Positions 35,229 to 46,039 of a DNA stretch of 49,714 nucleotides are shown in pieces. The notes below the pieces were generated by a model that was given only the letters and a program-made list of their open reading frames with translations, did no database searches and had not been told where the DNA came from. This DNA is from Tubiluchus corallicola (taxonomy: Eukaryota; Animalia; Priapulida), in assembly GCA_030141605.1 (NCBI GenBank), contig JAQGDQ010001285.1, forward strand, positions 1 to 49,714, read 5' to 3'. The first letter of the stretch is position 1; each line of letters begins with the position of its first letter. The translations under genes were made by a program, and so were the position numbers.

Positions 35229-37520
35229 TTATTTATTAAGTTGTGCTTTTATATTCTCTATTTCCAATTTTAACTGTTCATATTGGTCTTCTTGCTCTTT
35301 TATTTTCTTTTCTTGAGCAATAGTATATAGTACAAGTTCTTCTATCTTTTGCATAAAATTTTTATTCATACTATGAACTGTATAGCCATTCTTTGTTAAC
35401 TCTTCTTCAGAAGCAATACCAGGCAAGTGTCTGTATTTTTTAATATATTTTTCTACTTCTTCTAATGTAGATAATTTATAATCATCGGAAAAAACATTAT
35501 CACTCCAATCTTTTGGCGAGGCTATTGCATAATCTTCACTAACAATCCCTTTTTCTACCCACAATAAGTATTCTTGAAGCAAATCATCATATTCAAACTC
35601 GTGTAAATCTCCATCTTTAGGGCCGATATGTACTGCTCCTCCCACAGTTAAAGCTGTGCCTTTTACTTTTACATCTGTATTAATAGATACTTGAGCTAGG
35701 TCACCATCTCCTCCATAATTAACTGTTAATTCATGAGCTTTCATACTTCCTTTCACATCCAACTTCGCAATGGGGGAATTTGTACCTATTCCTACGTTAC
35801 CGTTTCTTTTAAAAGTTGCAATTATACCTACATCCTCACCAGATGTCGAAAAATCTCCTGTAACATCACCCGTTTGAATAGCAAAACCATTAGTATTATT
35901 CGCTACTATTCTCATTGTTTTAGTATTTGTCTGATCACGTAAAGCTAAAACGGCGTTATTACCAGGTGAAGATACCAAAACCCCTACCTGATCATGACTC
36001 TCTATATGAAGTGCCCTAGAAGGGGTAGTAGTACCTATGCCTACATTACCTAAATTCTTTATCGTAAAATAATCGTTTAATTCATATAAATTATCACTAC
36101 TACCCCCTCTTATTCTGAAATCACTATTACTGACCTCTGTCTGGTAAAGATTCCATTCTTTATGACTCCCAGCGTTTCGAAAACTTATACCTGTACCTCT
36201 ATTATTGGCACTCCTTTGCAACATTAAACCTTCTCCTAATCCGTCTCTATCAACAACGTGCAATGCAGCACTTGGACCACTTCTTGTGCCTAAGCCTAAT
36301 TTGCCATGTGGGGTAAACTCTGCAATATTGTAACCACGATCAACAAAGTTCCCATCTTTATCTCCCGACTGGATACGGAGCATATCAATCATTGTACTTA
36401 ATCTAAAGGATTTGTCTTTACCCTCTGCTCGTATAGCTAATGTTGCTACGTCGTTGACACTTGTAGAGGATATCAAAACCCCTACCTGATCATGACTCTC
36501 TATATGAAGTGCCTTAGAAGGGTTAGTAGTACCTATGCCTACATTACCTGAATTCTTTATCGTAAAATAATCGTTTAATTCATATAAATTATCACTACTA
36601 CCCCCTCTTATTCTGAAATCACTATTACTGACCTCTGTCTGGTAAAGATTCCATTCTTTATGACTCCCAGAGTTCCTAAAACTTATGCCCAAAGGTTTCT
36701 CATTATCTGTCCTTTGCAACATTAAACTTTCTCCTGATTCTTGTCTATCAACAATGTGCAATGCAGCAGCTACATCACCACTTGTACCTAAACCTAATTT
36801 TCCATCTGTGCTAAACTCTGCAATATTGTAACCAAGATTAACAAAGTTCCCATCTTTATCTCCCGCCTGAATACGTAACAAATCATCCTTTGTACTTAGT
36901 CTGATTGATTTGTCATTATCCTCAGAACCGTCTCGTATTGCTAATGTTGTTGTGTTACTGGCAGATGATACCAAAACCGCTACTTGATCATCGCTTTCTA
37001 TATGAAGTTCCTTGTAAGGGGTAGTAGTACCTATGCCTACATAACCTCCTATGTGTAGTTCACCACTTTTTTTAAGCTTTATCTTTTTATTTGCATCTTG
37101 TCCATAAAATCCGAATGTTAAAGCATTTTGATCAGAGTTGTCATCCATATAATGAAAACCAATTTCCCCTTGATTACCATCCTCCTTAGCTTTCCCAATA
37201 GACATATATATTTGATAGTCTTTAGGAATATCATTTTTTAATAGTGACATGCGAATATTTTCTCTCTTGTCTTCACTTGTACCTCCCATTATAGTTCCAC
37301 TTACCTTCAGGTTTCCATCTATCAGGTCTCCATCTATGGGAGTTGTCTGAGAAGAAACAGACAAACTACTAATAAAAAGAAACAGTGGTAAAACATACCT
37401 CAAAAGAAATGCAAAAAAATCTTTATTCTTTTGATTCAGTTTTGTAGTAGCTGCAATAGGGTTTTTACTTACACGAGTAGTATGAGCATTCCAATTTTTG
37501 CTTATTATTAAGTTTTTCAT
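35229..37520 (-). CDS. Secreted tail-fibre-like repeat protein with a C-terminal peptidase S74-like chaperone and coiled coil
   Basis: Repeated GNVGIGTT.P...LHI / GKLGLGT units with a 166-aa period; C-terminal WSDNVFSDDYKL..LEEVEKYIKKYRHLPGI..QKIEELVLYTI. Confidence 0.8.
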   Translation of the reverse strand: MKNLIISKNWNAHTTRVSKNPIAATTKLNQKNKDFFAFLLRYVLPLFLFISSLSVSSQTTPIDGDLIDGNLKVSGTIMGGTSEDKRENIRMSLLKNDIPKDYQIYMSIGKAKEDGNQGEIGFHYMDDNSDQNALTFGFYGQDANKKIKLKKSGELHIGGYVGIGTTTPYKELHIESDDQVAVLVSSASNTTTLAIRDGSEDNDKSIRLSTKDDLLRIQAGDKDGNFVNLGYNIAEFSTDGKLGLGTSGDVAAALHIVDRQESGESLMLQRTDNEKPLGISFRNSGSHKEWNLYQTEVSNSDFRIRGGSSDNLYELNDYFTIKNSGNVGIGTTNPSKALHIESHDQVGVLISSTSVNDVATLAIRAEGKDKSFRLSTMIDMLRIQSGDKDGNFVDRGYNIAEFTPHGKLGLGTRSGPSAALHVVDRDGLGEGLMLQRSANNRGTGISFRNAGSHKEWNLYQTEVSNSDFRIRGGSSDNLYELNDYFTIKNLGNVGIGTTTPSRALHIESHDQVGVLVSSPGNNAVLALRDQTNTKTMRIVANNTNGFAIQTGDVTGDFSTSGEDVGIIATFKRNGNVGIGTNSPIAKLDVKGSMKAHELTVNYGGDGDLAQVSINTDVKVKGTALTVGGAVHIGPKDGDLHEFEYDDLLQEYLLWVEKGIVSEDYAIASPKDWSDNVFSDDYKLSTLEEVEKYIKKYRHLPGIASEEELTKNGYTVHSMNKNFMQKIEELVLYTIAQEKKIKEQEDQYEQLKLEIENIKAQLNK

Positions 37521-37565
37521 AGTTATTAAATTTTTTATTTTATTAACATTAGTATTTTACTCTTT

Positions 37566-40500
37566 TCAATTTATAATGAAACTTGTTTTATGAACTATGT
37601 CATTTGCCTCTAACACCAAAAATATGACTCCCTTATTTCTATTAGAAATATTAAACTCTTTGTCAAATAAAGTTGCTGCATTTAGTTCTCCTTCTGATAT
37701 TAAGTGTCCAGTAATATCTACCAGTGTATATTTTAAAGGATGGGGTTCCTGTTCTTTTAACTTTACAAATACATTAAATTTGCCTATATTGGGATTGGGG
37801 TATACTTTAACTTCTTCAAATGGAGGTTGCAGTCCACTTTTTTCTATTGTTTTTGATTGAACTAAGTCATTTTCCTGAAAAGAAGTCAGATGCTTTATAG
37901 CTAAAAGATCTCCAATCTCGTATTTATCTGAATCATCTACTTTATATAAATTATGCACACTCAACATAGGATTATTATGATCGCGATACAATACGATCTT
38001 ACGGCGATTAACTAAATCATAATAAAACTTATCTATTTCCTTTTGTTCATCTGAGGCTATTCTATGATAAAGAAGATCTGGGTCTGGTTTCGAAGGGGTA
38101 CCTGAAAACGCTCCAATTTCATTGTCAAAAAGATCATCCATACTATATATAGCCTTAATATTGGTTCTTATTCTATATCCTTCGTGATCTGTTGCAGATA
38201 CCCAAGAAAGCCTTGCTTGCCAGTTTTCATATGAATCAATGTTTTGACTAATATAATTCCTTACATCTTGACTATTTAACTCCTTAAAATATTGAGGAGC
38301 CACATCTAAAGGATAAGTACCTTTATCAGAATAATGCCTTACCCAATCTTTAGGAAACCATTGTAATTTAGGAGAGGATAGACCAGCATATTTCTCAATA
38401 AAATCATACACTTCAGGAACTTGCTGAAACCTACGTGACGGCGGTGTAGTTTTTAGTTCCCAAGCAAAACCATAAAGGTAATCATTAAACCTTCCAAATC
38501 TATTAATATGAGGAGCTTGATTTGCTCTAGGGCCATCTTGATACATATATTTACTGTATATACCTGTTACTTCTGCCACTATACAGTCGGTTCTATTTTC
38601 TATACCTAACCATTCACATTCTTTATCGGTCAAGTTTCTTAGGTTAATTTCTGCCTTAGGACTTGCAAGGTTGTCTACTGGAGGGTATCTACGTATTTTC
38701 ATTTTATAATACAATGTGCTTTTATCTCTATATACTACTCTCAGCTCATAGTCTCCAATCTCTTTAAATGTATAATTAAAATTTCTACCTGATCCTTTTG
38801 GCTCAAGATCTTCTACTACATTACCATCTACTATTTTATTGACGTACCATTTTAAAGTAGTTTCTAAGAAATCATCAGGTATTCTATTAGCTTGGAACCT
38901 TTCTGATAAATACCACTCTGTACCTGTTTCTGTAAATGTGTGTGGATCGCTATCTGTTACTCTAAAACCTATTTCTTCATCAGGTAAAAATGTATATTCT
39001 CTATTATATTTTTTTACATAGCGTCCATATTTCCCAAAAACTGGCACATTGTCAGGCACATCGTCATAAAATTCCTCCAAATATATATATGCTCCATCTC
39101 CTTTTCCTTCTTGGAATGGTCCATTTACCCCCAAAAATCTTAAACTTATATCAAACAACTCTTTACCAGCCACAATTACCTTTTCCCCTCCTGGTCTCTG
39201 GTAATATAAGGTTAACAGATAGTAGCCCCAACCTTTTATATCAAAAGGTTTTTGTGAAAAATAATGGCCATCTGGTTCTACGTTGTTAATCAATAATGGA
39301 CCATAAGTTTGTTTGTGCAAATCTCCAAAACTATCCTCAAATGATAATTCCAGAGAATACCTACCTTTATTCTTACCCCATAGGCCATGTGCTGTATATT
39401 TAACCTGTTCTTCGCCTAAAGAGGGCCATTTAGGTCCCTCTATCATAGAGTAAAAACCATTGTTTTTACCTTTTTTATAAAGAGGTGAATCTACATGTAT
39501 TTTAATTTTTACTGTTTTCCCACCTGCCGACACAGTTATAATTCCTGGGGCTGCAATATTTCCTTTGTTTTGCCCAGTAGGAAATTCTTTACTTGTTCCT
39601 ATATCTTGTATTTCATAACCTTTATAAGGGTTATTATAACCACCAATATTATGAAGATATGATTCGCGGTTTTTTCTATAAGCATCCACCATTACATTTA
39701 TAGGACTCTTATCTCCTTCTTTATCTTCTACTTTTTTCCAAGGTTCTTCTTTTATTTCTACAAGTCCGAAAGGTGGTTCTTCGCTATTATTAGAATTTTG
39801 AGCATCCAGATAGAGAATTTCATCAGGATCGAATCCAAGCACATATGGGTCTCCATTATATTCCTCTGCAATATCATCTTTATAGTAATGGTAAAGGAAC
39901 TCCATATTTAATCCCTCACGTTGATTATTTCTTTGCTTTACAGGTTTTGTCTTTTCCTTGGGCCATATATATCCAGGCTCATAATTTTCCTTATGGGGAT
40001 CCATCTCTCTTTTAAGTGTCCAACTCCAAATGTATACAGCTTGATCACTATTATATGTCCAGTCAGGTACTTTATGTCTAAAACCTTCAGGGAATTCACG
40101 TAGTGCTATTCCATGTACTTGAGAATCAAACCCTAACCAGGGAGTAAGCTCACCAGGTGTAACAGATGGGCTACAATAATAAAATCCCTCGCCTGCAAAT
40201 CTCGCTATCCACACATCGGGCACTCCTTTTATTTTAGGTTGATTTGCTAAGGTGTAGTCAGATTTAACTGCCCAAGCAGGTTTTACTAGAAACTCTATCT
40301 TATCCCCTATAGTTCCATTAACAACATAGTCATCATCAGGATACATAGAATTGTATACATGTTTTTGTACATTATTAATGTACACAGCTACCCATGTTTC
40401 GTTAATATCATTTGCCTCAATAATACCCAAACCAGGTATTCTACAAGAGATAAAATTTGCATTTTCCTCACGCACCTCCACAATAACTGGCTGATAATCA

Positions 40501-41111
40501 CCGGAATATTTGTTTTTCGGTTTGCACTTAAACTTCGCGTCTCCTACCAAGTTTCCATATGTAAACCAGTCTACTATACCATCATGTCCTACTTCGGTTC
40601 CTTTGCATTTTTTGTCAATTTTCCAATAACTCATAACAGTATAAAATAACCTTCGTATATTATCTGAATCGCCAAAAACCATTATTGGGGCTTTCTCACC
40701 ATTAATGTTATATTGGTCTCTAGCTACTTCTAAAGTTTTATCATAACTAAACTGATCTATATTTGTTTTTTCTAATATTATTCTGTATATAAAATCTCCT
40801 TTACCATCATTTTTTGTTATATCATAAGGATATACTATAACTTCCACATACGCTTCTTTACCAGGTTCATCAGCTACTTCTGCTTTAATCCCATAGCCAC
40901 TATGACGAAAATCTTTATCAAGTTTCCGGAAGACTTCTTCACGATTAAGCATTAACATATCCTCTACACCTAGAGTAGGATCTTTCTTAGGGTTAGGAGA
41001 TTCAATTATTGATTCGTCGTTGTAAAAACCTTCTCCAAAAATCTCATAAAGACTAAAATATGAAAAGCAAACAAGCATTCCTGCTATTACACAAAATTTT
41101 TTCATAATCAC
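37566..41111 (-). CDS. Large T9SS type-A cargo protein of unknown function
   Basis: Signal peptide; CTD VKVYPNPNIGKFNV..YTLVDITG..GVIFLVL....KTSFIIN; PKD/Ig-like segment FNYTFKEIGDYELRV. Confidence 0.85.
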   Translation of the reverse strand: MIMKKFCVIAGMLVCFSYFSLYEIFGEGFYNDESIIESPNPKKDPTLGVEDMLMLNREEVFRKLDKDFRHSGYGIKAEVADEPGKEAYVEVIVYPYDITKNDGKGDFIYRIILEKTNIDQFSYDKTLEVARDQYNINGEKAPIMVFGDSDNIRRLFYTVMSYWKIDKKCKGTEVGHDGIVDWFTYGNLVGDAKFKCKPKNKYSGDYQPVIVEVREENANFISCRIPGLGIIEANDINETWVAVYINNVQKHVYNSMYPDDDYVVNGTIGDKIEFLVKPAWAVKSDYTLANQPKIKGVPDVWIARFAGEGFYYCSPSVTPGELTPWLGFDSQVHGIALREFPEGFRHKVPDWTYNSDQAVYIWSWTLKREMDPHKENYEPGYIWPKEKTKPVKQRNNQREGLNMEFLYHYYKDDIAEEYNGDPYVLGFDPDEILYLDAQNSNNSEEPPFGLVEIKEEPWKKVEDKEGDKSPINVMVDAYRKNRESYLHNIGGYNNPYKGYEIQDIGTSKEFPTGQNKGNIAAPGIITVSAGGKTVKIKIHVDSPLYKKGKNNGFYSMIEGPKWPSLGEEQVKYTAHGLWGKNKGRYSLELSFEDSFGDLHKQTYGPLLINNVEPDGHYFSQKPFDIKGWGYYLLTLYYQRPGGEKVIVAGKELFDISLRFLGVNGPFQEGKGDGAYIYLEEFYDDVPDNVPVFGKYGRYVKKYNREYTFLPDEEIGFRVTDSDPHTFTETGTEWYLSERFQANRIPDDFLETTLKWYVNKIVDGNVVEDLEPKGSGRNFNYTFKEIGDYELRVVYRDKSTLYYKMKIRRYPPVDNLASPKAEINLRNLTDKECEWLGIENRTDCIVAEVTGIYSKYMYQDGPRANQAPHINRFGRFNDYLYGFAWELKTTPPSRRFQQVPEVYDFIEKYAGLSSPKLQWFPKDWVRHYSDKGTYPLDVAPQYFKELNSQDVRNYISQNIDSYENWQARLSWVSATDHEGYRIRTNIKAIYSMDDLFDNEIGAFSGTPSKPDPDLLYHRIASDEQKEIDKFYYDLVNRRKIVLYRDHNNPMLSVHNLYKVDDSDKYEIGDLLAIKHLTSFQENDLVQSKTIEKSGLQPPFEEVKVYPNPNIGKFNVFVKLKEQEPHPLKYTLVDITGHLISEGELNAATLFDKEFNISNRNKGVIFLVLEANDIVHKTSFIIN

Positions 41112-41557
41112 ATTATTTTTAGGTTATAAAATAAAAAATGCCAGAATATTCAAGTAGGTAGGTGAGATAATTAAAATTATTTATGCTGCCTGAAGATCAG
41201 CTAGGAGAACAATAGAATACATAAAAAAATTAATTTTACAAATCCCCTCTATTTAATCATAAAAAAATATTCTATTTTTTTTATATTATTTAATTTCTTT
41301 GTGAAAAGTAAATATAGTTATATATTTCTTTTTTTCCTAAATTATTTACAACTTTTTTTAACCTACAATCAATATCATTAGGCTAAATACTTATAATAAA
41401 TGGTGAATGAGATAGAAAATAATCACAAACATTCTTTCAACACTACTATAATTGTAAATAATATATTGCTATTTTTGTAAAAAGCTATTGATTTTTAGAT
41501 TTGAATTACAATGCCTCCTAAAAACACAAGAAGAGCAGTTTCTACAACACTTATTGC

Positions 41558-41640
41558 AGAGGGTGAAATTATCTCCACAAGCAATTGATTTAGAACAAGC
41601 TATATTGGGTGCATTAATGCTTGAAAAAGGCGTTGTATTA
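41558..41640 (+). pseudogene. Fragment resembling the N-terminus of the replicative helicase DnaB
   Basis: KLSPQAIDLEQAILGALMLEK resembles the Bacteroidota DnaB start (K.PPQA.DLE.AVLGALMLEK); similarity is lost immediately afterwards. Confidence 0.7.
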
Positions 41641-41968
41641 GATTTCTTTGCAAGCAATGGCACCACCTGTGCTGTAGCCCAACAACTTATAAGCAAGATA
41701 AAAGACTGCCAAAGCAAAGAACACCTACAAACTGTAAAAAATGACAACAAAAACGACAACAGATTAAATTTACTAAATTATTTGTTTAGCATAAATTTGC
41801 ATATCATTGCTTAAATTTAAAATTCTTTTAAAGGCTTAAAAATATTTATTGCCCCCTTTCCGTGCAATTCCTTATTTTTTATATATTTTTGCGAGAGAAA
41901 GAGCAAGGATAAGATTAAAACTGCGTCAAATTCTATAATGATTAAATATAATATACATTTATTTAGGG

Positions 41969-44374
41969 ATGAAAGCAACTTTTATAGTAATATTGATTAT
42001 AACCTTATCTTTGCCACTGAAAGCTCAAAATAGTATAACTTTATCAGGAACGGTGATCGACGAAGAAGGAGAAGTTATCCAGTTTGCTACCATATCTCTT
42101 TTCGAGATAGGGAATCGTACACCTATAAAAGGTACACTCACCAATGAAAGGGGCAACTTTAGTATTCCCAAGTTAGAGTCCAAAGGATATCTTATCAAAG
42201 TAAGTTTTATTGGCTACAAAGACAAAAGGGTGAAAATAGACCTCAAAGAAGAAACCTCTTCTATTACTATAATCATAGAGCGAGCTAGTACCAAAATAGA
42301 CGAGGTAGTAGTAACAGGTCAAAAACCTGTAGTAGAATACAAAACAGATAGGCTTGTTTTTAATGTAACTAAGGACATTTCAGCCGCATCGTTTTCTACC
42401 GAAGACCTTTTAAGAAATGTGCCTGAGCTGGATGTGGATATAGATGGTAATGTTAGTATGCGAGGAAGTTCAAGTATCCTGATACTTATAGATGGTAGAC
42501 AAATAGCAGGAGATAACCAGTCTATCGTGGACGAAATACCCCCTGATGCTATAGAAAGGGTGGAAGTAATAACCAACCCTTCTGCTAAGTATGCTGCTGA
42601 AGGAGCGGCAGGGGTTATCAATATCATACTTAAAAAAGAAGGAAGAGCAGGCTTGGATGTTAATGTTAGGCTAGGAGCTACACTTCCTTTTAGAGGAAGT
42701 AGAAATTCTATAGGGATAAAGTATCAATACAATAAATTCAATTTTAACTTCAATTATGATCTTGGTGCTCGCAACTATGAAAACACTATGCTACTCAACC
42801 GAGAAACTTATGAAGATGCTGATACTACTTATTTCAAGAAAACAACCGACGATAATAGAACGGGTATGAGGCATTCATTTAGATATGGAATAGACTATTA
42901 TATAGATGCAAAAAATTTACTTAGTTTTAGAATATCCAACCGTATAAGTGATAATAACAATAATACCGACAATATTTTCAACTTTCAAGACAACAACTTT
43001 CAAACTACAGAATACTACACCAACCACAATATTAGAAATAATGACAGGTTTAGTAATAACTACTCCCTCTATTATAAAACCATTTTTGCTCATCCAAAGC
43101 ATCAACTTGTGTTTGACTTGTCATACAACGATTTTAAAAGATACAATGAAAACCAGTTTACAGAATACCTCTATGAAAATAACAAACAAACAACAATAGA
43201 CTCCTCAAAAAACAGAAATATAAACGATGATTACAAATACTACTTTACTCCTCAAATAGATTATACTCTTCCAATTGGAGAAACGACAACCATAGAAACA
43301 GGACTGCGAGTAAGAGTAGGCAATGCTGATGAGAACTTTACCACAGAAGAATATGATTTTATCAATGGGATATATCCTGAGAAAGTAGAACAACCCTTTA
43401 CATTCAAAGACGAACTATATTCAGGTTACTTTATACTTTCAAATACCATTGGTAAATTTAGCTCTCAAATAGGTATAAGGCTAGAGAACTATCATTTTAC
43501 TATAGCTGATAATGTAGAAAGAAGCTATACAGACCCTTTCCCAAGTGTTAATCTTACTTATAAGTCAACAAATGATAATCAATTTCGGTTTGGTTATAGC
43601 AAGAGGATTAACCGTCCATCATCTAAAAGACTTAATCCCAATGTGGATAACCTTAATGATACTACTAATATTACAGTGGGTAACCCCGACTTAAACCCCG
43701 AATATACCCATGTTTTAGAATTAGGATATGTAGGAAAAACGCCTATTGGTTTTCTTACACCCACATTTTACTTTCGCAATACTAGTGATGTAATAGAAAG
43801 TATAACTTCTGTAGAGAATGATGTGGCTAGTACTACTTACGACAATCTTTCCACCCGTAAGATAGTGGGAATAACGGTTAATCTCAGGTCGCAAGCATTT
43901 CATTGGTGGACTTTTAATCTTAATGGAGATGCACACTATGCTGATATAAAAATAGACGAGCGAGCTAATACTAGTAACACCAGCGCAGGCGCAATGAACT
44001 ATAAAGTATTTATTAGTTCTAATATGAAAATATGGAACGAAATAGGTTTCTATTCTTTGCTATCGTACAGGGGTCCTCGCATAACAGCACAAGGAGTTTC
44101 TGAAGGACGTTATTTCTTTATGCTTAATTTACAAAGAGATTTTTTTAATAAGAGGCTCAATGTCAGTGTAGGTGTTATAGATCCTTTTGGTTGGATGAAC
44201 TATAATAGCGAAACTGTTGGTAGTAATTTTGTGCAAACTACTGAAAGAAGTATAGATTTCACTACCTTTCGCTTTGGTATAAGGTGGAAGTTTCACAAAG
44301 GGAAAGATATTTCAGACAGGAATAAAGGACGCGACCGCCAGCAAACAGACGACAGTTTTGATGAAATGTTTTGA
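41969..44374 (+). CDS. TonB-dependent receptor / outer-membrane beta-barrel with an N-terminal carboxypeptidase-regulatory-like domain
   Basis: Plug motif IERVEVITNPSAKYAAEGAAGVINIILKK; GYSKRINRP..LNP; GNPDLNPE; TATTTTTG box at 41884-41891. Confidence 0.93.
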   Translation: MKATFIVILIITLSLPLKAQNSITLSGTVIDEEGEVIQFATISLFEIGNRTPIKGTLTNERGNFSIPKLESKGYLIKVSFIGYKDKRVKIDLKEETSSITIIIERASTKIDEVVVTGQKPVVEYKTDRLVFNVTKDISAASFSTEDLLRNVPELDVDIDGNVSMRGSSSILILIDGRQIAGDNQSIVDEIPPDAIERVEVITNPSAKYAAEGAAGVINIILKKEGRAGLDVNVRLGATLPFRGSRNSIGIKYQYNKFNFNFNYDLGARNYENTMLLNRETYEDADTTYFKKTTDDNRTGMRHSFRYGIDYYIDAKNLLSFRISNRISDNNNNTDNIFNFQDNNFQTTEYYTNHNIRNNDRFSNNYSLYYKTIFAHPKHQLVFDLSYNDFKRYNENQFTEYLYENNKQTTIDSSKNRNINDDYKYYFTPQIDYTLPIGETTTIETGLRVRVGNADENFTTEEYDFINGIYPEKVEQPFTFKDELYSGYFILSNTIGKFSSQIGIRLENYHFTIADNVERSYTDPFPSVNLTYKSTNDNQFRFGYSKRINRPSSKRLNPNVDNLNDTTNITVGNPDLNPEYTHVLELGYVGKTPIGFLTPTFYFRNTSDVIESITSVENDVASTTYDNLSTRKIVGITVNLRSQAFHWWTFNLNGDAHYADIKIDERANTSNTSAGAMNYKVFISSNMKIWNEIGFYSLLSYRGPRITAQGVSEGRYFFMLNLQRDFFNKRLNVSVGVIDPFGWMNYNSETVGSNFVQTTERSIDFTTFRFGIRWKFHKGKDISDRNKGRDRQQTDDSFDEMF

Positions 44375-44418
44375 TTGTACCACCTATAGAAAGACAAGAT
44401 AATAAAATTATTAAAGAA

Positions 44419-45540
44419 ATGAAAATAGCGTATCTATCCACTTTTTACCCTCTTAGAGGAGGCATTGCACAGTTCAACGCTTCACTATACCGAGAACTTG
44501 AAAAATATCACCAGATAAAAGCCTTTAATTTCAAACGACAATACCCCAGTTTTTTATTCCCCGGCAAAACACAATACATCACTTCAGAGGACAATGCAGA
44601 CCCCATACCCAGCACGCAAATATTAGACTCCATCAATCCCATAAGTTATTTTAAAACAGCACAAGCCATTAAAAAATACAAACCTGATTTGCTTATCGTT
44701 AGCCATTGGATATCTTTCCTCATACCTGCATTTGCTTTCACGATGAAACTACTCAAAAAACATACTCAAATTATTGTTATATTAAATCATATAGTCCCCC
44801 ACGAACCTAAGTTTTACGACAAGCCACTTACAAAATACCTTCTCAACCAAGCTCACAAATACTTGGTAATGAACGAGGCAACCCAAAGCGAGCTATTAAA
44901 GCTAAAGCCCAATGCTTGTAATCATCTACAATTACAACCACTATTTACACATTTTTCTCCATCAGTAGATACACAGCAAGCCCGCAAACACCTTAATTTA
45001 CCATCGGATAAAAAAATACTACTCTTTTTTGGTTTCATTAGAGAATACAAAGGCTTAGATCTTTTAATACAAGCACTTGATTACTTAGACACCTCTTACC
45101 ATCTTGTTGTAGTAGGAGAGGTGTATGGCTCGTTCGATAAATACCAACAGCTCATAGACAAATCGCCTTTAAAAGATAACATTACCATACACGATGATTA
45201 TATTAGCGACGAAGAAGTAACTTACTATTTCTCTGCGGCAGATCTTTGTGTTATACCTTATAAAACAGCTACTCAAAGCGGTATCTTGTCCGTTGCTTAC
45301 CATTATAATGTACCTGTAGTAGCTAACAATGTAGGGGGTTTGAAAGATACAATACAGCACGGAAAAACAGGCTATATAGTGGAAAACCCTATGCCGCAAC
45401 AAATAGCTCATTATGTGAAAAAATACTTTGCGGATACAAAAACCCAGTGGCATAGTAATATAGAAAAACTCAAAGAAAAACTATCGTGGAAAACCTTTGC
45501 ACAAGGATTGACAAAATTTGCATTGAGGGTTAATGGTTAA
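44419..45540 (+). CDS. GT4-family glycosyltransferase
   Basis: Start MKIAYLSTFYPLRGGIAQF; LLFFGFIREYKGLDLL; PYKTATQSGI; PVVANNVGGL. Confidence 0.93.
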   Translation: MKIAYLSTFYPLRGGIAQFNASLYRELEKYHQIKAFNFKRQYPSFLFPGKTQYITSEDNADPIPSTQILDSINPISYFKTAQAIKKYKPDLLIVSHWISFLIPAFAFTMKLLKKHTQIIVILNHIVPHEPKFYDKPLTKYLLNQAHKYLVMNEATQSELLKLKPNACNHLQLQPLFTHFSPSVDTQQARKHLNLPSDKKILLFFGFIREYKGLDLLIQALDYLDTSYHLVVVGEVYGSFDKYQQLIDKSPLKDNITIHDDYISDEEVTYYFSAADLCVIPYKTATQSGILSVAYHYNVPVVANNVGGLKDTIQHGKTGYIVENPMPQQIAHYVKKYFADTKTQWHSNIEKLKEKLSWKTFAQGLTKFALRVNG

Positions 45541-45728
45541 TATCTAAAAATTAGTAGGTAAAAAAACGTGATAATTATATAACTGAATTATTAAGCTAAA
45601 TCATCTTTTGTATTATACAAATAGTAAAAATTGTACATTCAATGTTCTAAACAACCTTATTCTGTTAGAGATTTTTGTGTATTTGCATTGTAAAGTTCGT
45701 TATTTATATATAGTTAAACATTAGTTTT

Positions 45729-45803
45729 TTGAGTTGCGACAGCAACGAGCTTACAAGTTTGGATGTGAGTAATAACAAGGCTTTAGGAAATTTGTATGTA
45801 GAT
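45729..45803 (+). pseudogene. Leucine-rich-repeat gene remnant
   Basis: Hand translation LSCDSNELTSLDVSNNKALGNLYVD fits one bacterial LRR unit; in-frame stop at 45711 and no credible start. Confidence 0.65.
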
Positions 45804-45897
45804 GAAGCCATCTTCTTTCCATTGATTGGGATGGTAATGCTCATATTCGTTATTACCCAGCTACTGGCTGCCCTTAGTAAGAGAAAATATAAAAACT

Positions 45898-45933
45898 AAA
45901 AAAGTCGTGTTGCTTTGTGTGGTGCGGCTTTTT
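45898..45933 (+). terminator. Intrinsic terminator with a G-U-rich stem
   Basis: aaaaagtcgtgttgc / gtggtgcggcttttt pairs fully as plus-strand RNA using G-U pairs; a T-tract follows. Confidence 0.6.
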
Positions 45934-46039
45934 AGTGTTTTTTTGCAGTAACAAAGTATGGTTTTCGCTGGCTTGTTCAGGTATATTATTGCCAAGATTT
46001 TTAAGTAACAACTACTATATTTTAGCTCTTATATATAAA

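Noticed and set aside
35229-37520. Prophage or contractile injection system
   Set aside because: No structural, packaging, sheath, tube or integrase genes nearby, and the protein has a signal-like N-terminus
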